NCBI GenBank assembly: GCA_963815455.1
Contig: CAWFGO010000001.1
Coordinates: 800,001-864,000 of the forward strand
DNA length: 64,000 nucleotides
Reading direction: 5' to 3'
From: an uncultured Verrucomicrobiae bacterium
Lineage (GTDB): Bacteria; Verrucomicrobiota; Verrucomicrobiia; Chthoniobacterales; UBA10450
This document shows, one piece after another, positions 41,023 through 51,165 of this stretch. Below the pieces are notes generated by a model, which worked only from the letters and a program-made list of their open reading frames with translations, made no database searches and had not been told where the DNA came from. Numbering within the stretch: the stretch's first letter is position 1; the number at the start of each line of letters is the position of its first letter. The translations under genes were made by a program, and so were the position numbers.

Positions 41023-41088
41023 TCAGAAAACGTCCAACGCCCAACGCACAACGTCCAACGCTCAATTTCTATGGACGATCCAATCGCG

Positions 41089-41117
41089 GTCATCCCGAGC
41101 GCTGTCGAGGGATCCCG
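41089..41117. repeat. Left arm of a GTCATC repeat (copy 7, partial)
   Basis: gtcatcccgagcgctgtcgagggatcccg. Confidence 0.7.
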
Positions 41118-41126
41118 TCGGTTCGC

Positions 41127-41726
41127 TCAAGAAGATGGGGTGCGCACCGGACAGAGCGGTAATACGGTTTTGCCGTACAATTCGTTGAGGACCTGGGCGA
41201 GGCCGGTGTAAATGGCGGAAAAGCCGCACAAGATTCCTTCCCAGCCGGTGAAATGTTTAAAGCCTGGGCTTGCGCCGGTGTAATCGCCGTAAGCGAGCAG
41301 GAAAAAAAGAACCGTCAGAGTGAAGAAGACGACCTGGAGGGCGCGGTTGAGCCGCAGGGTCCCGATAAACATGACCGCGGTGAACAGTCCCCACATGGCG
41401 AGATATGCAGCCATGGCGGTGTCGTTAGACGCCGTGCCCCAGCCAAGTTTCGGCAAAACGATCAGCGCGACGAGCGAGAGCCAAAACAAGCCGTAGGAAG
41501 TAAAAGCAGTGGTGGCAAAGGTGTTGCCCTTTTTCCATTCCATGATGCCGGCAATGACCTGGGCGATGCCGCCATAACAAATGCCCATCGCCAGAATCAT
41601 GCTGTTGAGCTCGTAAAAACCGGCATTGTGCAAGTTAAGCAAAACGGTGGTCATACCGAAACCGAGCAGGCCGAGCGGGGCAGGATTGCCGGTCGCATCC
41701 TTGATTTGAGTAAGGGGTTCGTTCAT
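41127..41726 (-). CDS. satP: Acetate uptake transporter (GPR1/FUN34/YaaH family)
   Basis: [40 protein letters not shown]. Confidence 0.92.
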   Translation of the reverse strand: MNEPLTQIKDATGNPAPLGLLGFGMTTVLLNLHNAGFYELNSMILAMGICYGGIAQVIAGIMEWKKGNTFATTAFTSYGLFWLSLVALIVLPKLGWGTASNDTAMAAYLAMWGLFTAVMFIGTLRLNRALQVVFFTLTVLFFLLAYGDYTGASPGFKHFTGWEGILCGFSAIYTGLAQVLNELYGKTVLPLCPVRTPSS

Positions 41727-41776
41727 GGCGGCAGTGTGTTGAGAAAAACTTTGGAAACGCAATCACAAATCGGCTG

Positions 41777-41801
41777 GCCGGGGTCGGCGACCCCGGCTAC
41801 A
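41777..41801. repeat. GTAG-type REP hairpin
   Basis: gccggggtcggcgaccccggctaca. Confidence 0.7.
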
Positions 41802-41809
41802 GATTACGC

Positions 41810-43147
41810 GTGCTCAATTACATTTGGCTCGCGCTGGTCTTGCTGGCAGTGGCGATTGGCGGCTGGAACGACCGATTCAAGGAGGTCACCGACGGAGCAT
41901 TTGATGGCGCGAAAACGGCGGTGACGATCGCCCTCGGGTTGATCGGGATCATGGCGTTGTGGCTGGGGGTGATGCGCCTGGCCGAGCGCGCCGGCCTGGT
42001 GCAACGGATCGCGCGCGGATTACGCCCCGTAATGCGCCGGCTTTTTCCCGATGTCCCGCCGGCGCACCCAGCCATGGGATCAATGCTCATGAACATGGCC
42101 GCGAACATGCTCGGCCTCGGCAATGCCGCCACTCCGCTCGGGTTGCGCGCGATGCGCGACCTGGAAACACTCAATCCGCGCCCCGGGGTCGCGACCAACG
42201 CGATGTGCACGTTTCTGGCAATCAACACCAGCTCCGTGCAATTGATTCCGGCCACGGCCATTGCCATTCTGGCCGCGGCAGGATCGACAAGGCCGACCGC
42301 GATTGTCGGCACCGCGTTGCTGGCAACGCTTTGCGCGGCGAGCGTGGCTGTTATTTCGGTTAAGCTGCTGGAGAAACTACCGATGTTTCGGCTATCGGAG
42401 CCTCGCACGAATGCCCACATCGAAACGAACAGCAAGGAGGCCGGGATCAACGAGCCCGGCTGCAAGATCGACGAGCCCCCGAAGCGACTGTCGATCCTCG
42501 GTTTGATCGCGCTGATCGCACTCTTCTTTCTCTTTATCGCGATTTTCCTGCGAATGGTGACGCCGAATCTTTTCGGTCTGCCGTTGTCACCCGAAGGGGC
42601 GACTCAGAACATCTTCGTTCGCAGCGTCAACGCATTGTCGATCCTGGCGATCCCGTTTCTCCTCAGTTTTTTTCCGCTGTACGCGACGGCGCGCGGCGTA
42701 AAGGTTTACGAGGAATTTGTCGAGGGCGCGAAAGAGGGCTTCGGAGTGATCCTGAAAATCATTCCGTTTCTGGTCACGATGCTGGTGGCGATCGGGATGT
42801 TCAAAGGCGCCGGTGGGATCGATCTGCTTAGCCGGGCGCTGTCGCCGATCCTGACGCCTTTGCATTTTCCGACCGATCTCCTCCCGTTGGCTTTGATGCG
42901 GCCTTTGAGTGGAAGCGCGACGCTGGCGCTTCTAACCGACATCGTTCATCGTCTCGGGCCGGATAACATCGTGAGTCTGACCGCGGCGACGATCTACGGC
43001 AGCACCGAGACGACCTTTTACGTGGCGGCGGTTTATTTCGGCGCAGTGGGTGTGAAGCAGACGCGTCATGCGATCCCAGCCGGGTTGCTGGCCGATCTCA
43101 CCGGTGTCGTTGCGTCGGTGATCGTTTGCCGGGCTGTTCTGGGCTGA
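41810..43147 (+). CDS. Fused SpmA/SpmB nucleoside-recognition (Gate) domain membrane protein
   Basis: ANMLGLGNAATPLG, FLAINTSS, YEEFVEGAKEG, MRPLSGS, GSTETTFY. Confidence 0.9.
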   Translation: MLNYIWLALVLLAVAIGGWNDRFKEVTDGAFDGAKTAVTIALGLIGIMALWLGVMRLAERAGLVQRIARGLRPVMRRLFPDVPPAHPAMGSMLMNMAANMLGLGNAATPLGLRAMRDLETLNPRPGVATNAMCTFLAINTSSVQLIPATAIAILAAAGSTRPTAIVGTALLATLCAASVAVISVKLLEKLPMFRLSEPRTNAHIETNSKEAGINEPGCKIDEPPKRLSILGLIALIALFFLFIAIFLRMVTPNLFGLPLSPEGATQNIFVRSVNALSILAIPFLLSFFPLYATARGVKVYEEFVEGAKEGFGVILKIIPFLVTMLVAIGMFKGAGGIDLLSRALSPILTPLHFPTDLLPLALMRPLSGSATLALLTDIVHRLGPDNIVSLTAATIYGSTETTFYVAAVYFGAVGVKQTRHAIPAGLLADLTGVVASVIVCRAVLG

Positions 43148-43235
43148 ACGAGGGGTTCTAGGGGATAATCGGGCCGTATTAAAATTTTTGCCTCGCCATC
43201 CGGCGAGCGGTTTCTCTATCGTCCATCTTTTCGCA

Positions 43236-44417
43236 ATGATTCATCGCGACTACCTGATTATTGGCAGCGGCATTGGCGGCTTAAGCGCCTGCGAAGGAAT
43301 TCGGCGCCATGACAAGCGCGGTAGCATCACGCTGGTGGGCGCCGAGGCTTTTCATCCCTACAAGCGCTGGATTTTATCAAAGAGTTTTTTGCGCGAGAAA
43401 GTCGCGCCGGTCAAAAAGCTAAATGTTGCCGATCCCAGCTGGTACAAATCGCGCAAGATCGAGACCCGGCTCGGCACGATGGTGACCCAGTTCAATATTG
43501 AGCGCCGCCTGGCTGTGCTCGGCAACGGCGAAAGCATAGAGTTCAAGAAAGCCTGTTTGGCCATGGGGAGCAGACCGGTGCGGCCGCCTGTCGCCGGCGT
43601 CGGCCTGGGCAACGTGATTTACCTGCGCACCATGCGCGATGCCCTCGCATTAAGGGAAATGGCCGACGTGGAAAAAACCGTCGTGGTTGTCGGCGGCGGA
43701 TTGCTCGCCTGCGAGACGGCGGCGAGCCTTCGGCGCATGAAAATGAAGGTGAGCATGATGCACCGCAATTCTGCTCTGCTTAACCGCTATGTGGACCCCG
43801 AAACGGGGACCTGGTTGACCGAGTATTTCGCGAAGCACGGAGTAACGCTGTTAATGGGCGAGAGTCTCAATGGTTTTGAAGGCAAGACTGTGCTTCGCAA
43901 CATTCAAACGAAGAGTGGCAACCGGGTCCCGGCGGGACTGGCGGTGGTGGCCTGCGGAGGCGAGCCGAATCTCGACCTGGTGCGTGGCACTCCTCTTTCG
44001 GGACCGCACGGGTCACCGGTCACCGAGTTTCTCGAGACCGAGGAAAAAGGAATCTTTGCCGTGGGCGATCTGGCCTTTTATCCCGACCGAATGATGGGCG
44101 GCATGCGGCGGCAGACGCACTGGGAAAGCGCGCGCGAACAGGGCTTGATCGCGGGGGCAAACATGACCGGGAAAAAGCGGATACGCTACGAGCAGATTCC
44201 GTATTTCTGGACCGAGATGTTTGATTTGCGGATGAATTTCGTCGGCGACTTTAGCCTGCCTCCCACTCGAATCGACATCACCGGCCCGCGGACGAAAAAG
44301 AAATTCACCGCGCGATATTATCAAGGCGATAAGTTGCGTGCAATTTTGTTGTGCCAGCAAAAGCCACGCGACGTGGAATCCGCCAGGACCCAGCTGCGTC
44401 ACGCGCTCGGCAAGTAG
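43236..44417 (+). CDS. FAD/NAD(P)-dependent oxidoreductase (ferredoxin-reductase-like)
   Basis: IIGSGIGG, VVGGG, IFAVGD, HWESA, PYFWT. Confidence 0.88.
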   Translation: MIHRDYLIIGSGIGGLSACEGIRRHDKRGSITLVGAEAFHPYKRWILSKSFLREKVAPVKKLNVADPSWYKSRKIETRLGTMVTQFNIERRLAVLGNGESIEFKKACLAMGSRPVRPPVAGVGLGNVIYLRTMRDALALREMADVEKTVVVVGGGLLACETAASLRRMKMKVSMMHRNSALLNRYVDPETGTWLTEYFAKHGVTLLMGESLNGFEGKTVLRNIQTKSGNRVPAGLAVVACGGEPNLDLVRGTPLSGPHGSPVTEFLETEEKGIFAVGDLAFYPDRMMGGMRRQTHWESAREQGLIAGANMTGKKRIRYEQIPYFWTEMFDLRMNFVGDFSLPPTRIDITGPRTKKKFTARYYQGDKLRAILLCQQKPRDVESARTQLRHALGK

Positions 44418-44432
44418 GCATAGATCGGTATT

Positions 44433-44927
44433 TCAATAGGCCGCGGCCGGGATCTCGAGCCCCGGGTTGCTGACGCGCACCAGTTTCCAATCCCACGGTT
44501 TTCCAGAGGCATGGCGCCATTCCAACTCGAAAAGAGTGGCCAGCGAATTGACCCGTTCGTTCAGGACGCTTGCGAGCTCGCCCGGACCGGCGTCGATGTC
44601 GATCTTTCCGGTCCACCGCGCGGTGCCCTTGTCGATTTGGACCGTGACGGAAGAGGAAATGATGCGCGTTTCGCGCAGGTAGCGAAACATCTCGCGGGTG
44701 CGTTTCAGTACGCGGGTGCGATCATGACCCCACTGGTCCTGATAATCGGCAGCAATCAAATTGTCGAGGCGATCCCAGTTCTTCCGCTCAATGGCTTGGA
44801 AAAGATTCTCCACATGCTTTCTGATCTGGCGTTCCGGCTGCCAAAGCCAAAGCAAGAAGATTCCCGAGAAAAGGGCGATGCCTAGGCCGCAATAGAGTCC
44901 ACCCCGAAATCCGGCCGGCATGACCAC
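44433..44927 (-). CDS. Hypothetical membrane-anchored protein (possible NTF2/SnoaL-like fold)
   Basis: N-terminal TM helix; WQPERQ, DYQDQWGHDR, KPWDWKL. Confidence 0.65.
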   Translation of the reverse strand: MVMPAGFRGGLYCGLGIALFSGIFLLWLWQPERQIRKHVENLFQAIERKNWDRLDNLIAADYQDQWGHDRTRVLKRTREMFRYLRETRIISSSVTVQIDKGTARWTGKIDIDAGPGELASVLNERVNSLATLFELEWRHASGKPWDWKLVRVSNPGLEIPAAAY

Positions 44928-45163
44928 AAGCCTAGCTTAATCTTTGGCAGAAGCTTGGGTATTTCTCCGCACCCAAGGGACCGGCCAAGTTGTCGATTCT
45001 GACCGGGGTAAAAGCCCTCACTTAGGGGCACGGAGAGTGCTGATCAGAGCGTTGCCACGGTATGCTTGCTCTTGTCTCGTTCGCGCTCATCTCACTGTCG
45101 ATGCTGGTCTGTCTTTGCTGGGGAAGCAGGAACGATAGCGGGCAATCGTAACCAAACATATTT

Positions 45164-45970
45164 ATGCTGGACCACGAAGATTTGAAATGGATCGCGAGCA
45201 CATCCACGAGCTTGAATTCCATTCTGCAGCAAATTGCTCGTTACGGGGACCTGGCCCAGCGCCACAAAGGCGAACACCATTATCTCGATCTGTTAGGCGA
45301 GCGAATCGAGCTTGGATCGAAAACTGCGCAGGCACTTTTTGACAGGGTGACCTCAAAGATCCTCGCCCAGACGGCTGCTAAATCCGCCGCGCCCACCGGG
45401 CCGCATCCGACGTTCAGCGTCGTGCCGCCTCCGATCGCCACGGTTCCGCCACGGCCATCCGGAAGCGGCGCTGTCATGTTTCCGGGCGAGACAAAAAGAG
45501 ACCCCGCCGCGGCGGGCTCGTCACGATCAGCAGTTGTCGAAGCGAGCGTCTCGCAGGAAATCAAAGTCCGAAATCCTAAGGGCAATCGCGAGTACATCCT
45601 CATCGTGGAGGACAATATCGACGTCGCCGAGCTCGCGGTCGAGATGCTGGCGGCGGAAGGATACAAATTGATCGTGGCCCACGATGGGTTTGAGGCATTG
45701 GAAATTTATCAAAAAATGGGCAAGCAGATCGGCCTCGTCATTCTCGATTTCTTTCTTCCGGTCATGGATGGCGACGCGGTATTCGACGAGCTGCGCGCGC
45801 TGAATCCAAATATTAACGTGGTATTGAGCAGTGGCTTCGCCGAGCAGGAGAAAATCAGCGCGATGCTGGCGAAAGGGCTGCGCGGCTTTATTCCCAAGCC
45901 CTATTCGACCGAGAAACTGCTGACCCAGGTGCGCTCCACGCTGGATGCGCCCCGGCAGGCACTGCGTTGA
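45164..45970 (+). CDS. Protein with a C-terminal response-regulator receiver domain
   Basis: ILIVEDN, VILDFFLPVMDG, SSGF, FIPKPY. Confidence 0.88.
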   Translation: MLDHEDLKWIASTSTSLNSILQQIARYGDLAQRHKGEHHYLDLLGERIELGSKTAQALFDRVTSKILAQTAAKSAAPTGPHPTFSVVPPPIATVPPRPSGSGAVMFPGETKRDPAAAGSSRSAVVEASVSQEIKVRNPKGNREYILIVEDNIDVAELAVEMLAAEGYKLIVAHDGFEALEIYQKMGKQIGLVILDFFLPVMDGDAVFDELRALNPNINVVLSSGFAEQEKISAMLAKGLRGFIPKPYSTEKLLTQVRSTLDAPRQALR

Positions 45971-46067
45971 AAACCGGCGGAGCATTGCCGGCCGGCCGGC
46001 CCGGTTACGGCCGGCTCCGAATCGGTCACTTTGGCATCGATTTAGCTTTAAAAGCACACGGAACTCC

Positions 46068-47150
46068 ATGTCTCGCATTGACGCCTTTTTCAAATTGATG
46101 GCCGAGCAGAAGGCCTCCGATCTGCATCTGTCCACTGGCAATCCGCCAATGCTCCGCATCAATGGCGACCTCGTCCGGGTGGATTTTCCCCCTCTGAACA
46201 ACGACGAACTCAAGGCGATGGTTTACGAGATCGCCCCCGAGGGAAAAATAAAAGTCTTCGAGGAGACCTCGGATGTCGATTTTGGATACGAAGTGCCCGG
46301 CGTCGCCCGTTATCGCGCGAATTTCTTCCAGCAAAAATACGGCATCTCCGCTTGCTTCCGCGCCATTCCGTCCAACGTCCAAACGGTCGAGGAATTGGGA
46401 CTGCCACCCGTCTTGAAAAAATTCCCGATGCTCAAAAAGGGGCTCATTCTTGTGACCGGACCGACCGGTTCTGGCAAATCGACCACCCTGGCGGCAATGG
46501 TCGATTACGCCAACTTGAAACGACAGGATCACATCATCACGGTTGAAGATCCAATCGAATTCGTTCATCGCAGCCAGAATTGCCTGGTCCAGCACCGCGA
46601 AGTGGGCGTTCACACCCGGTCTTTCGCCTCGGCCTTGCGCGGGGCATTGCGCGAGGACCCCGATATTCTCCTCGTCGGCGAATTGCGCGATCTGGAAACG
46701 ATCGAACTCGCACTTACCGCAGCGGCCACCGGTCATCTTGTTTTCGGGACGCTGCATACTTCCAGCGCTTCCAAGGCGGTGGACCGCGTCATCGACGTTT
46801 TCCCGACCAACCAGCAAAACCAAATCCGCGCCACGCTGGCTGAATCGCTCAAAGGCGTGATCGCTCAAAATTTATTCAAACGCATCGACAAACCGGGTCG
46901 GACCGCGGCCCTGGAAATTCTGGTTGTCGATATGGCCATCGCCAACCTCGTTCGGGAAGGAAAAACGCACCAAATCCCTGGCATGATCCAGGTCGGCAAG
47001 AAAAAGGGAAATCAACCGCTCGACGACGCGATCATGGACCACCTGCGCAATATGCGGATCACGCCCGAAGAAGCCTACGACAAGTCGATCGACAAGAAAA
47101 AGTTCCGCCAGTTTTTGAAAGAACCTCCATTGGATGCCTCCGAAGAATAA
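46068..47150 (+). CDS. pilT: Type IV pilus retraction ATPase
   Basis: ASDLHL, GPTGSGKSTT, EDPIE, ALREDPD, TGHLVFGTLHT, AIANLVRE. Confidence 0.93.
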   Translation: MSRIDAFFKLMAEQKASDLHLSTGNPPMLRINGDLVRVDFPPLNNDELKAMVYEIAPEGKIKVFEETSDVDFGYEVPGVARYRANFFQQKYGISACFRAIPSNVQTVEELGLPPVLKKFPMLKKGLILVTGPTGSGKSTTLAAMVDYANLKRQDHIITVEDPIEFVHRSQNCLVQHREVGVHTRSFASALRGALREDPDILLVGELRDLETIELALTAAATGHLVFGTLHTSSASKAVDRVIDVFPTNQQNQIRATLAESLKGVIAQNLFKRIDKPGRTAALEILVVDMAIANLVREGKTHQIPGMIQVGKKKGNQPLDDAIMDHLRNMRITPEEAYDKSIDKKKFRQFLKEPPLDASEE

Positions 47151-47159
47151 AGCAACACC

Positions 47160-48326
47160 ATGAGAATACCGGACCTGGACAAAATCCTATCGGCGATGCT
47201 GAAAACGTACGACGGCATCTCGGATCTCAATTTTTCGGTAGGCCGGCCGCTTCAAGTCGAAGATTTCGGCGAACTGAAACAGGTCTTTGTCGATCCTCCC
47301 ATCGAGGCGCTCACGCCCTATCAGACGGAGCAGATCGCCCTCACGCTCATGCGCGGGAATCGCCGTTTGATTTACGATTATCTCACCGGTGGCTCATGCG
47401 ATTGCAGTTACTCGCTCAATGACGAGGCCCGTTTTCGTATCAGTATTTTCCGTCAACAAGGACACTTTTCCATCGTGCTTCGAAAATTGTACGGAGAGGT
47501 CCCGAGCGTTCAGAGCCTGGGACTTCCTTCCATTTTCCATGAAGTAGCCAAGGAGAGAACCGGACTCGTCCTCGTGACTGGCTCGACCGGAAGCGGCAAG
47601 ACGACCACCCTGGCCGCGGTGCTCAACGAGATCAACGAAACGCAGCCGGTCCACGTCATTACCCTTGAGGATCCGATCGAGTTTGTTCACCCGAGGCGCG
47701 TCGCTACTTTTAACCAGCGAGAGCTCGGACACGATTTTAACAATTATCCAAACGGATTGCGCGCCGCGTTGCGCCAGGCGCCCAAGGTTATTCTTGTGGG
47801 CGAAATGCGCGACCGGGCCACGGTCGAAGTCGCGCTCATGGCAGCGGAAACGGGTCATCTGGTTCTCAGCACGTTGCACACGATTGACGCCGGCCAGTCA
47901 ATTAACCGTATCCTTGGTCTCTTTTCCGTAGGCGAAGAAAAGCAGTTGCGGATCCGCTTGGCCGATACGCTGCGCTACATTATCAGCCAGCGGCTGGCCC
48001 CCAAGGTCGGCGGGGGCCGGCATCTACTAACGGAAGTCCTCGGGCACAACTTGCGCACCCAGGAAGCGATTGCGCTCGGCGAAGGCGAGCACCGCAGTTT
48101 TTATGAGATCATCGAGGCGAGTTCGCCGTTTGGCTGGATGACGTTCGACCAATCGATTCTCAATGCCTACGAAAACGATCTGATTAGCGAAGAGACGGCA
48201 AGATTGTTTGCTACACGCAAAGGCCGCATCGCCCGCGGCATCGATCTGATCCAGAAAGCCCGCGGAATGGACACCGATATCGATTCGGGCCTGCGACTCG
48301 ATTTACCGGAGAACGCTTTTTTGTAA
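47160..48326 (+). CDS. Second PilT/PilU-family ATPase
   Basis: GSTGSGKTTT, EDPIE, ALRQAPKVILVGEMRD, TGHLVLSTLHT. Confidence 0.9.
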   Translation: MRIPDLDKILSAMLKTYDGISDLNFSVGRPLQVEDFGELKQVFVDPPIEALTPYQTEQIALTLMRGNRRLIYDYLTGGSCDCSYSLNDEARFRISIFRQQGHFSIVLRKLYGEVPSVQSLGLPSIFHEVAKERTGLVLVTGSTGSGKTTTLAAVLNEINETQPVHVITLEDPIEFVHPRRVATFNQRELGHDFNNYPNGLRAALRQAPKVILVGEMRDRATVEVALMAAETGHLVLSTLHTIDAGQSINRILGLFSVGEEKQLRIRLADTLRYIISQRLAPKVGGGRHLLTEVLGHNLRTQEAIALGEGEHRSFYEIIEASSPFGWMTFDQSILNAYENDLISEETARLFATRKGRIARGIDLIQKARGMDTDIDSGLRLDLPENAFL

Positions 48327-48337
48327 ACGCTTACGAC

Positions 48338-48805
48338 ATGGAACAAGAATCCGAATCAACGTTTCTCGATCTCGGCGACCACACCGCGCTGGTCTGCATC
48401 GATCACCAGCAATACCAGAAGATCATCGTCCCGCAGCTCATTGATCTCACCTACAAGGTGCATCTGGGCCTGTTTGAAGAGGACGTAGTTCTCAAGCTCC
48501 AGACCTATAGTTACGACATCGTTGTGGTTTACGAGAATTTCAAAAATTCCACTCTCGAGACCAACCCTCTTCTCCGCGAGATCCGTCGGCAGCCGGACCT
48601 GCAGCGCCGCGAACATTTTGTTATCCTGCTTAGCCACCGCTTTGCCACTAACGACGCCATGAGCGCGTTCGTCCAAAGTGTCGATCAGATCATTAACGTC
48701 GCCGATCTGGCCAATTTCAAGCCCGTCGTCCGACGCGGAATCGCCCAGCATCGGGAGCTGTATCAGTCGTTTAACGAGATGTTGAAGAGCGTTCAAGCGC
48801 TCTAA
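48338..48805 (+). CDS. Hypothetical protein (receiver-like alpha/beta fold) in the pilT operon
   Basis: 155-aa ORF 11 nt downstream of the second ATPase. Confidence 0.7.
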   Translation: MEQESESTFLDLGDHTALVCIDHQQYQKIIVPQLIDLTYKVHLGLFEEDVVLKLQTYSYDIVVVYENFKNSTLETNPLLREIRRQPDLQRREHFVILLSHRFATNDAMSAFVQSVDQIINVADLANFKPVVRRGIAQHRELYQSFNEMLKSVQAL

Positions 48806-48814
48806 ATTTCAGCC

Positions 48815-50212
48815 TTACCCCGCATCACGCGCGTACCAGTCCACCCGGCGGGTGACATACATCACCACCGCCAGCACGATGAAAAGGGCGATCGCGCCCA
48901 TCAACAGAGCATAATCCTGTTGCCGCAGCGTGATGTAGAGAAACGTGTAAACACCCGCCAGACCCGCGCCGATCACCAAAGTTCGGGCGCCGCCACCGAG
49001 GAAAAATCGGCAATACCACGTGATCAGAATTGTCGATGCAACTGCCGCGATCAGGTAAGCCCAGCCGAATCCGATAAACTCGGAGATCGACAACAGCAGT
49101 AGATAAAACAGGCACAGGGCGGCGCCGACCATCAGGTATTGGAACGGATGAATTTTCTGCCGGGCCGTGACTTCGAACAGGAAGAATGTCGTAAAAACAA
49201 GCACCAGAAAGAGCACGCCGTATTTGATCGAGCGCTCGACATAACGATAAGCGTCGAGGATCGACAAGAACTGGGCGCCGAAAAACGATTCCGAAACCGC
49301 GCTGGTGGTGAACCGCTCGTTGCCGGCGCGGCTCGTCCACGATTGCGGATAATTGCGCCCGTAATAGGAAACTTTCCACTTGGCATCGAACCCATCCGAA
49401 CGAACCGAGCGTTCGGCCGGCAGAAACGCGCCCCGAAATCCGGGATCGGGCCAGTTCGATTTTAGCGTCGCCTCATTTTGCACGCCGAACGGCGCGAAGA
49501 AAATCCCGTCGCTCCCATTGAAATCGAGTGGAATCGAAAATTGAATCTCGCTCGTTATCGGCCCGGCGCCGGCAAGGGACGCGGTCGCACCGGTCGTATA
49601 TCCGGGAACCTGCGAGCCGGGCAGCAGCGGACGCTTGGTGCCGCCCCAATCGAGCACGATGGCGTCGCGGGTGCCGCGCAAATCGTTGATCGCAATCGTG
49701 ACAAAGGCGTCTTTCCATTGCACATCCTTGATGTCGATCTTGAGCGAACCGAAATCGGGCGGAACAAACTTGCCCGAAAGCGTAACCTGCGCGCGAAACA
49801 CAGCTGCTTCGTAAATCCCCCGATACAAGGTTTGGGTCTGGGCGTCGCCGGTGATGCTGAGGGTTTCCGGAAGAAAATATGCGTTTGCTGTCGCGGTCTC
49901 CTCCACTTCGCGCCGTTCCATTTTTCCATCCGGCCCGGCCATTTCCTTCACGGCTTTAAACTTGTACTGATACGGAATCCCTAGCACCGGCCCGATGACA
50001 TTTTGCTCTCGTCCCCACGACGCCGTGATATCGGTGACCGCTTCGTTGCGCCGCTGCAACCGGTCGCTCAACACGCCGGTGATTAGACCAAGCGGAATCA
50101 ATAACACCAGAACAAGCACGCCGACCCCGAGCAACTTGATAATGGTGCTATTGCGCTTCCCAAATGACGGCTGCGATTTCGGTAACGGCGGCGGAGCTTG
50201 CGTTTCGGCCAT
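48815..50212 (-). CDS. creD: Inner-membrane protein CreD
   Basis: RGIYEA, WPDPGFRGAFLP, ERSIKYG, IHPFQYLMVG, MYVTRRVDWY. Confidence 0.93.
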   Translation of the reverse strand: MAETQAPPPLPKSQPSFGKRNSTIIKLLGVGVLVLVLLIPLGLITGVLSDRLQRRNEAVTDITASWGREQNVIGPVLGIPYQYKFKAVKEMAGPDGKMERREVEETATANAYFLPETLSITGDAQTQTLYRGIYEAAVFRAQVTLSGKFVPPDFGSLKIDIKDVQWKDAFVTIAINDLRGTRDAIVLDWGGTKRPLLPGSQVPGYTTGATASLAGAGPITSEIQFSIPLDFNGSDGIFFAPFGVQNEATLKSNWPDPGFRGAFLPAERSVRSDGFDAKWKVSYYGRNYPQSWTSRAGNERFTTSAVSESFFGAQFLSILDAYRYVERSIKYGVLFLVLVFTTFFLFEVTARQKIHPFQYLMVGAALCLFYLLLLSISEFIGFGWAYLIAAVASTILITWYCRFFLGGGARTLVIGAGLAGVYTFLYITLRQQDYALLMGAIALFIVLAVVMYVTRRVDWYARDAG

Positions 50213-50247
50213 GCGCGGAGTTTGAATGAATCAACGCGCTACAATCA

Positions 50248-51095
50248 ATGAAACTTCTTAGCCTCCACCCGACTCGCACAGGATCGACATCCGGCGTGGC
50301 ATTTTTCTTTCTCGTCACTTGTCACTGGCACTGGTCACTGTTTTTGCCGCCGAGCCGATGGCGAAAGGCATTCAGGACAACTCGTTCCTGGTCGAAGAGG
50401 CCTACAATCAGGAGGCGGGCGTCGTTCAGCACATCATTAACGTGCCGATCTCCTTCACGCGCGGGCACGCTGAAACTAGCCCGAGTTTCACCCAGGAGTG
50501 GCCCGTATTCGGTCAGACACACCAACTTTCCTACACGCTCCCATATGTTTTTAACGGAGATGACGATGGATTCGCCGATATCCGGCTCAATTACCGATTG
50601 CAGGCCCTGATGGAAGACGAACGTATTCCGGCATTCGCACCGCGCTTTTCCTGGTGCTTCCTGCCGGCGACGAGGACAAAGGGTTCGGTCCCGGCCGGGT
50701 CGGCTACGAAATCAATCTCCCGTTTAGCAAAATCATAAGCGATCGCTGGACGGTCCATTTCAATGCCGGCGATGTCGATCTTCCCGGATGTGCGCGGCCA
50801 CGATCTGCTGAACTACAATCTCGGCGCCAGCGCGATCTACGCCGTTAGCCGCGATTTCAATCTCATGCTCGAGACCGTTGCCGGCTGGGAAGAAGATGTC
50901 GATCCTGCGCGCCGCCTCACCCGGACAACGGCCGCGCTCATTTCGCCGGGCGCGCGATACGCCTTTAATCGCCCGGGCCAATTGCAAATCGTGGCCGGCG
51001 TCGCCGTGCCTCTGGGTCTCACCTCCGATTCGCCCGACTGGGGATTGTTCTTTTATCTGTCGTTCGAGCACCCATTCGTGGGCAGCTCCAGATAG
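50248..51095 (+). CDS. Secreted or outer-membrane 'transporter'-type beta-strand protein, frameshifted
   Basis: IQDNSFLVEEAYNQEAGVVQH, FTQEWP, NLPFSK, terminal YLSFEHPF. Confidence 0.7.
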
Positions 51096-51165
51096 AGGCA
51101 CGAAACGATTTCTGAATCCAAATCGACCCGTTCCCGCATCTTAATGAAAACAAACCGAGGTTTTC

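Noticed and set aside
41029..41063. CRISPR array
   Set aside because: Units are 7 nt with no spacers; no 25-40-nt regularly spaced repeats or cas genes were seen in the window.
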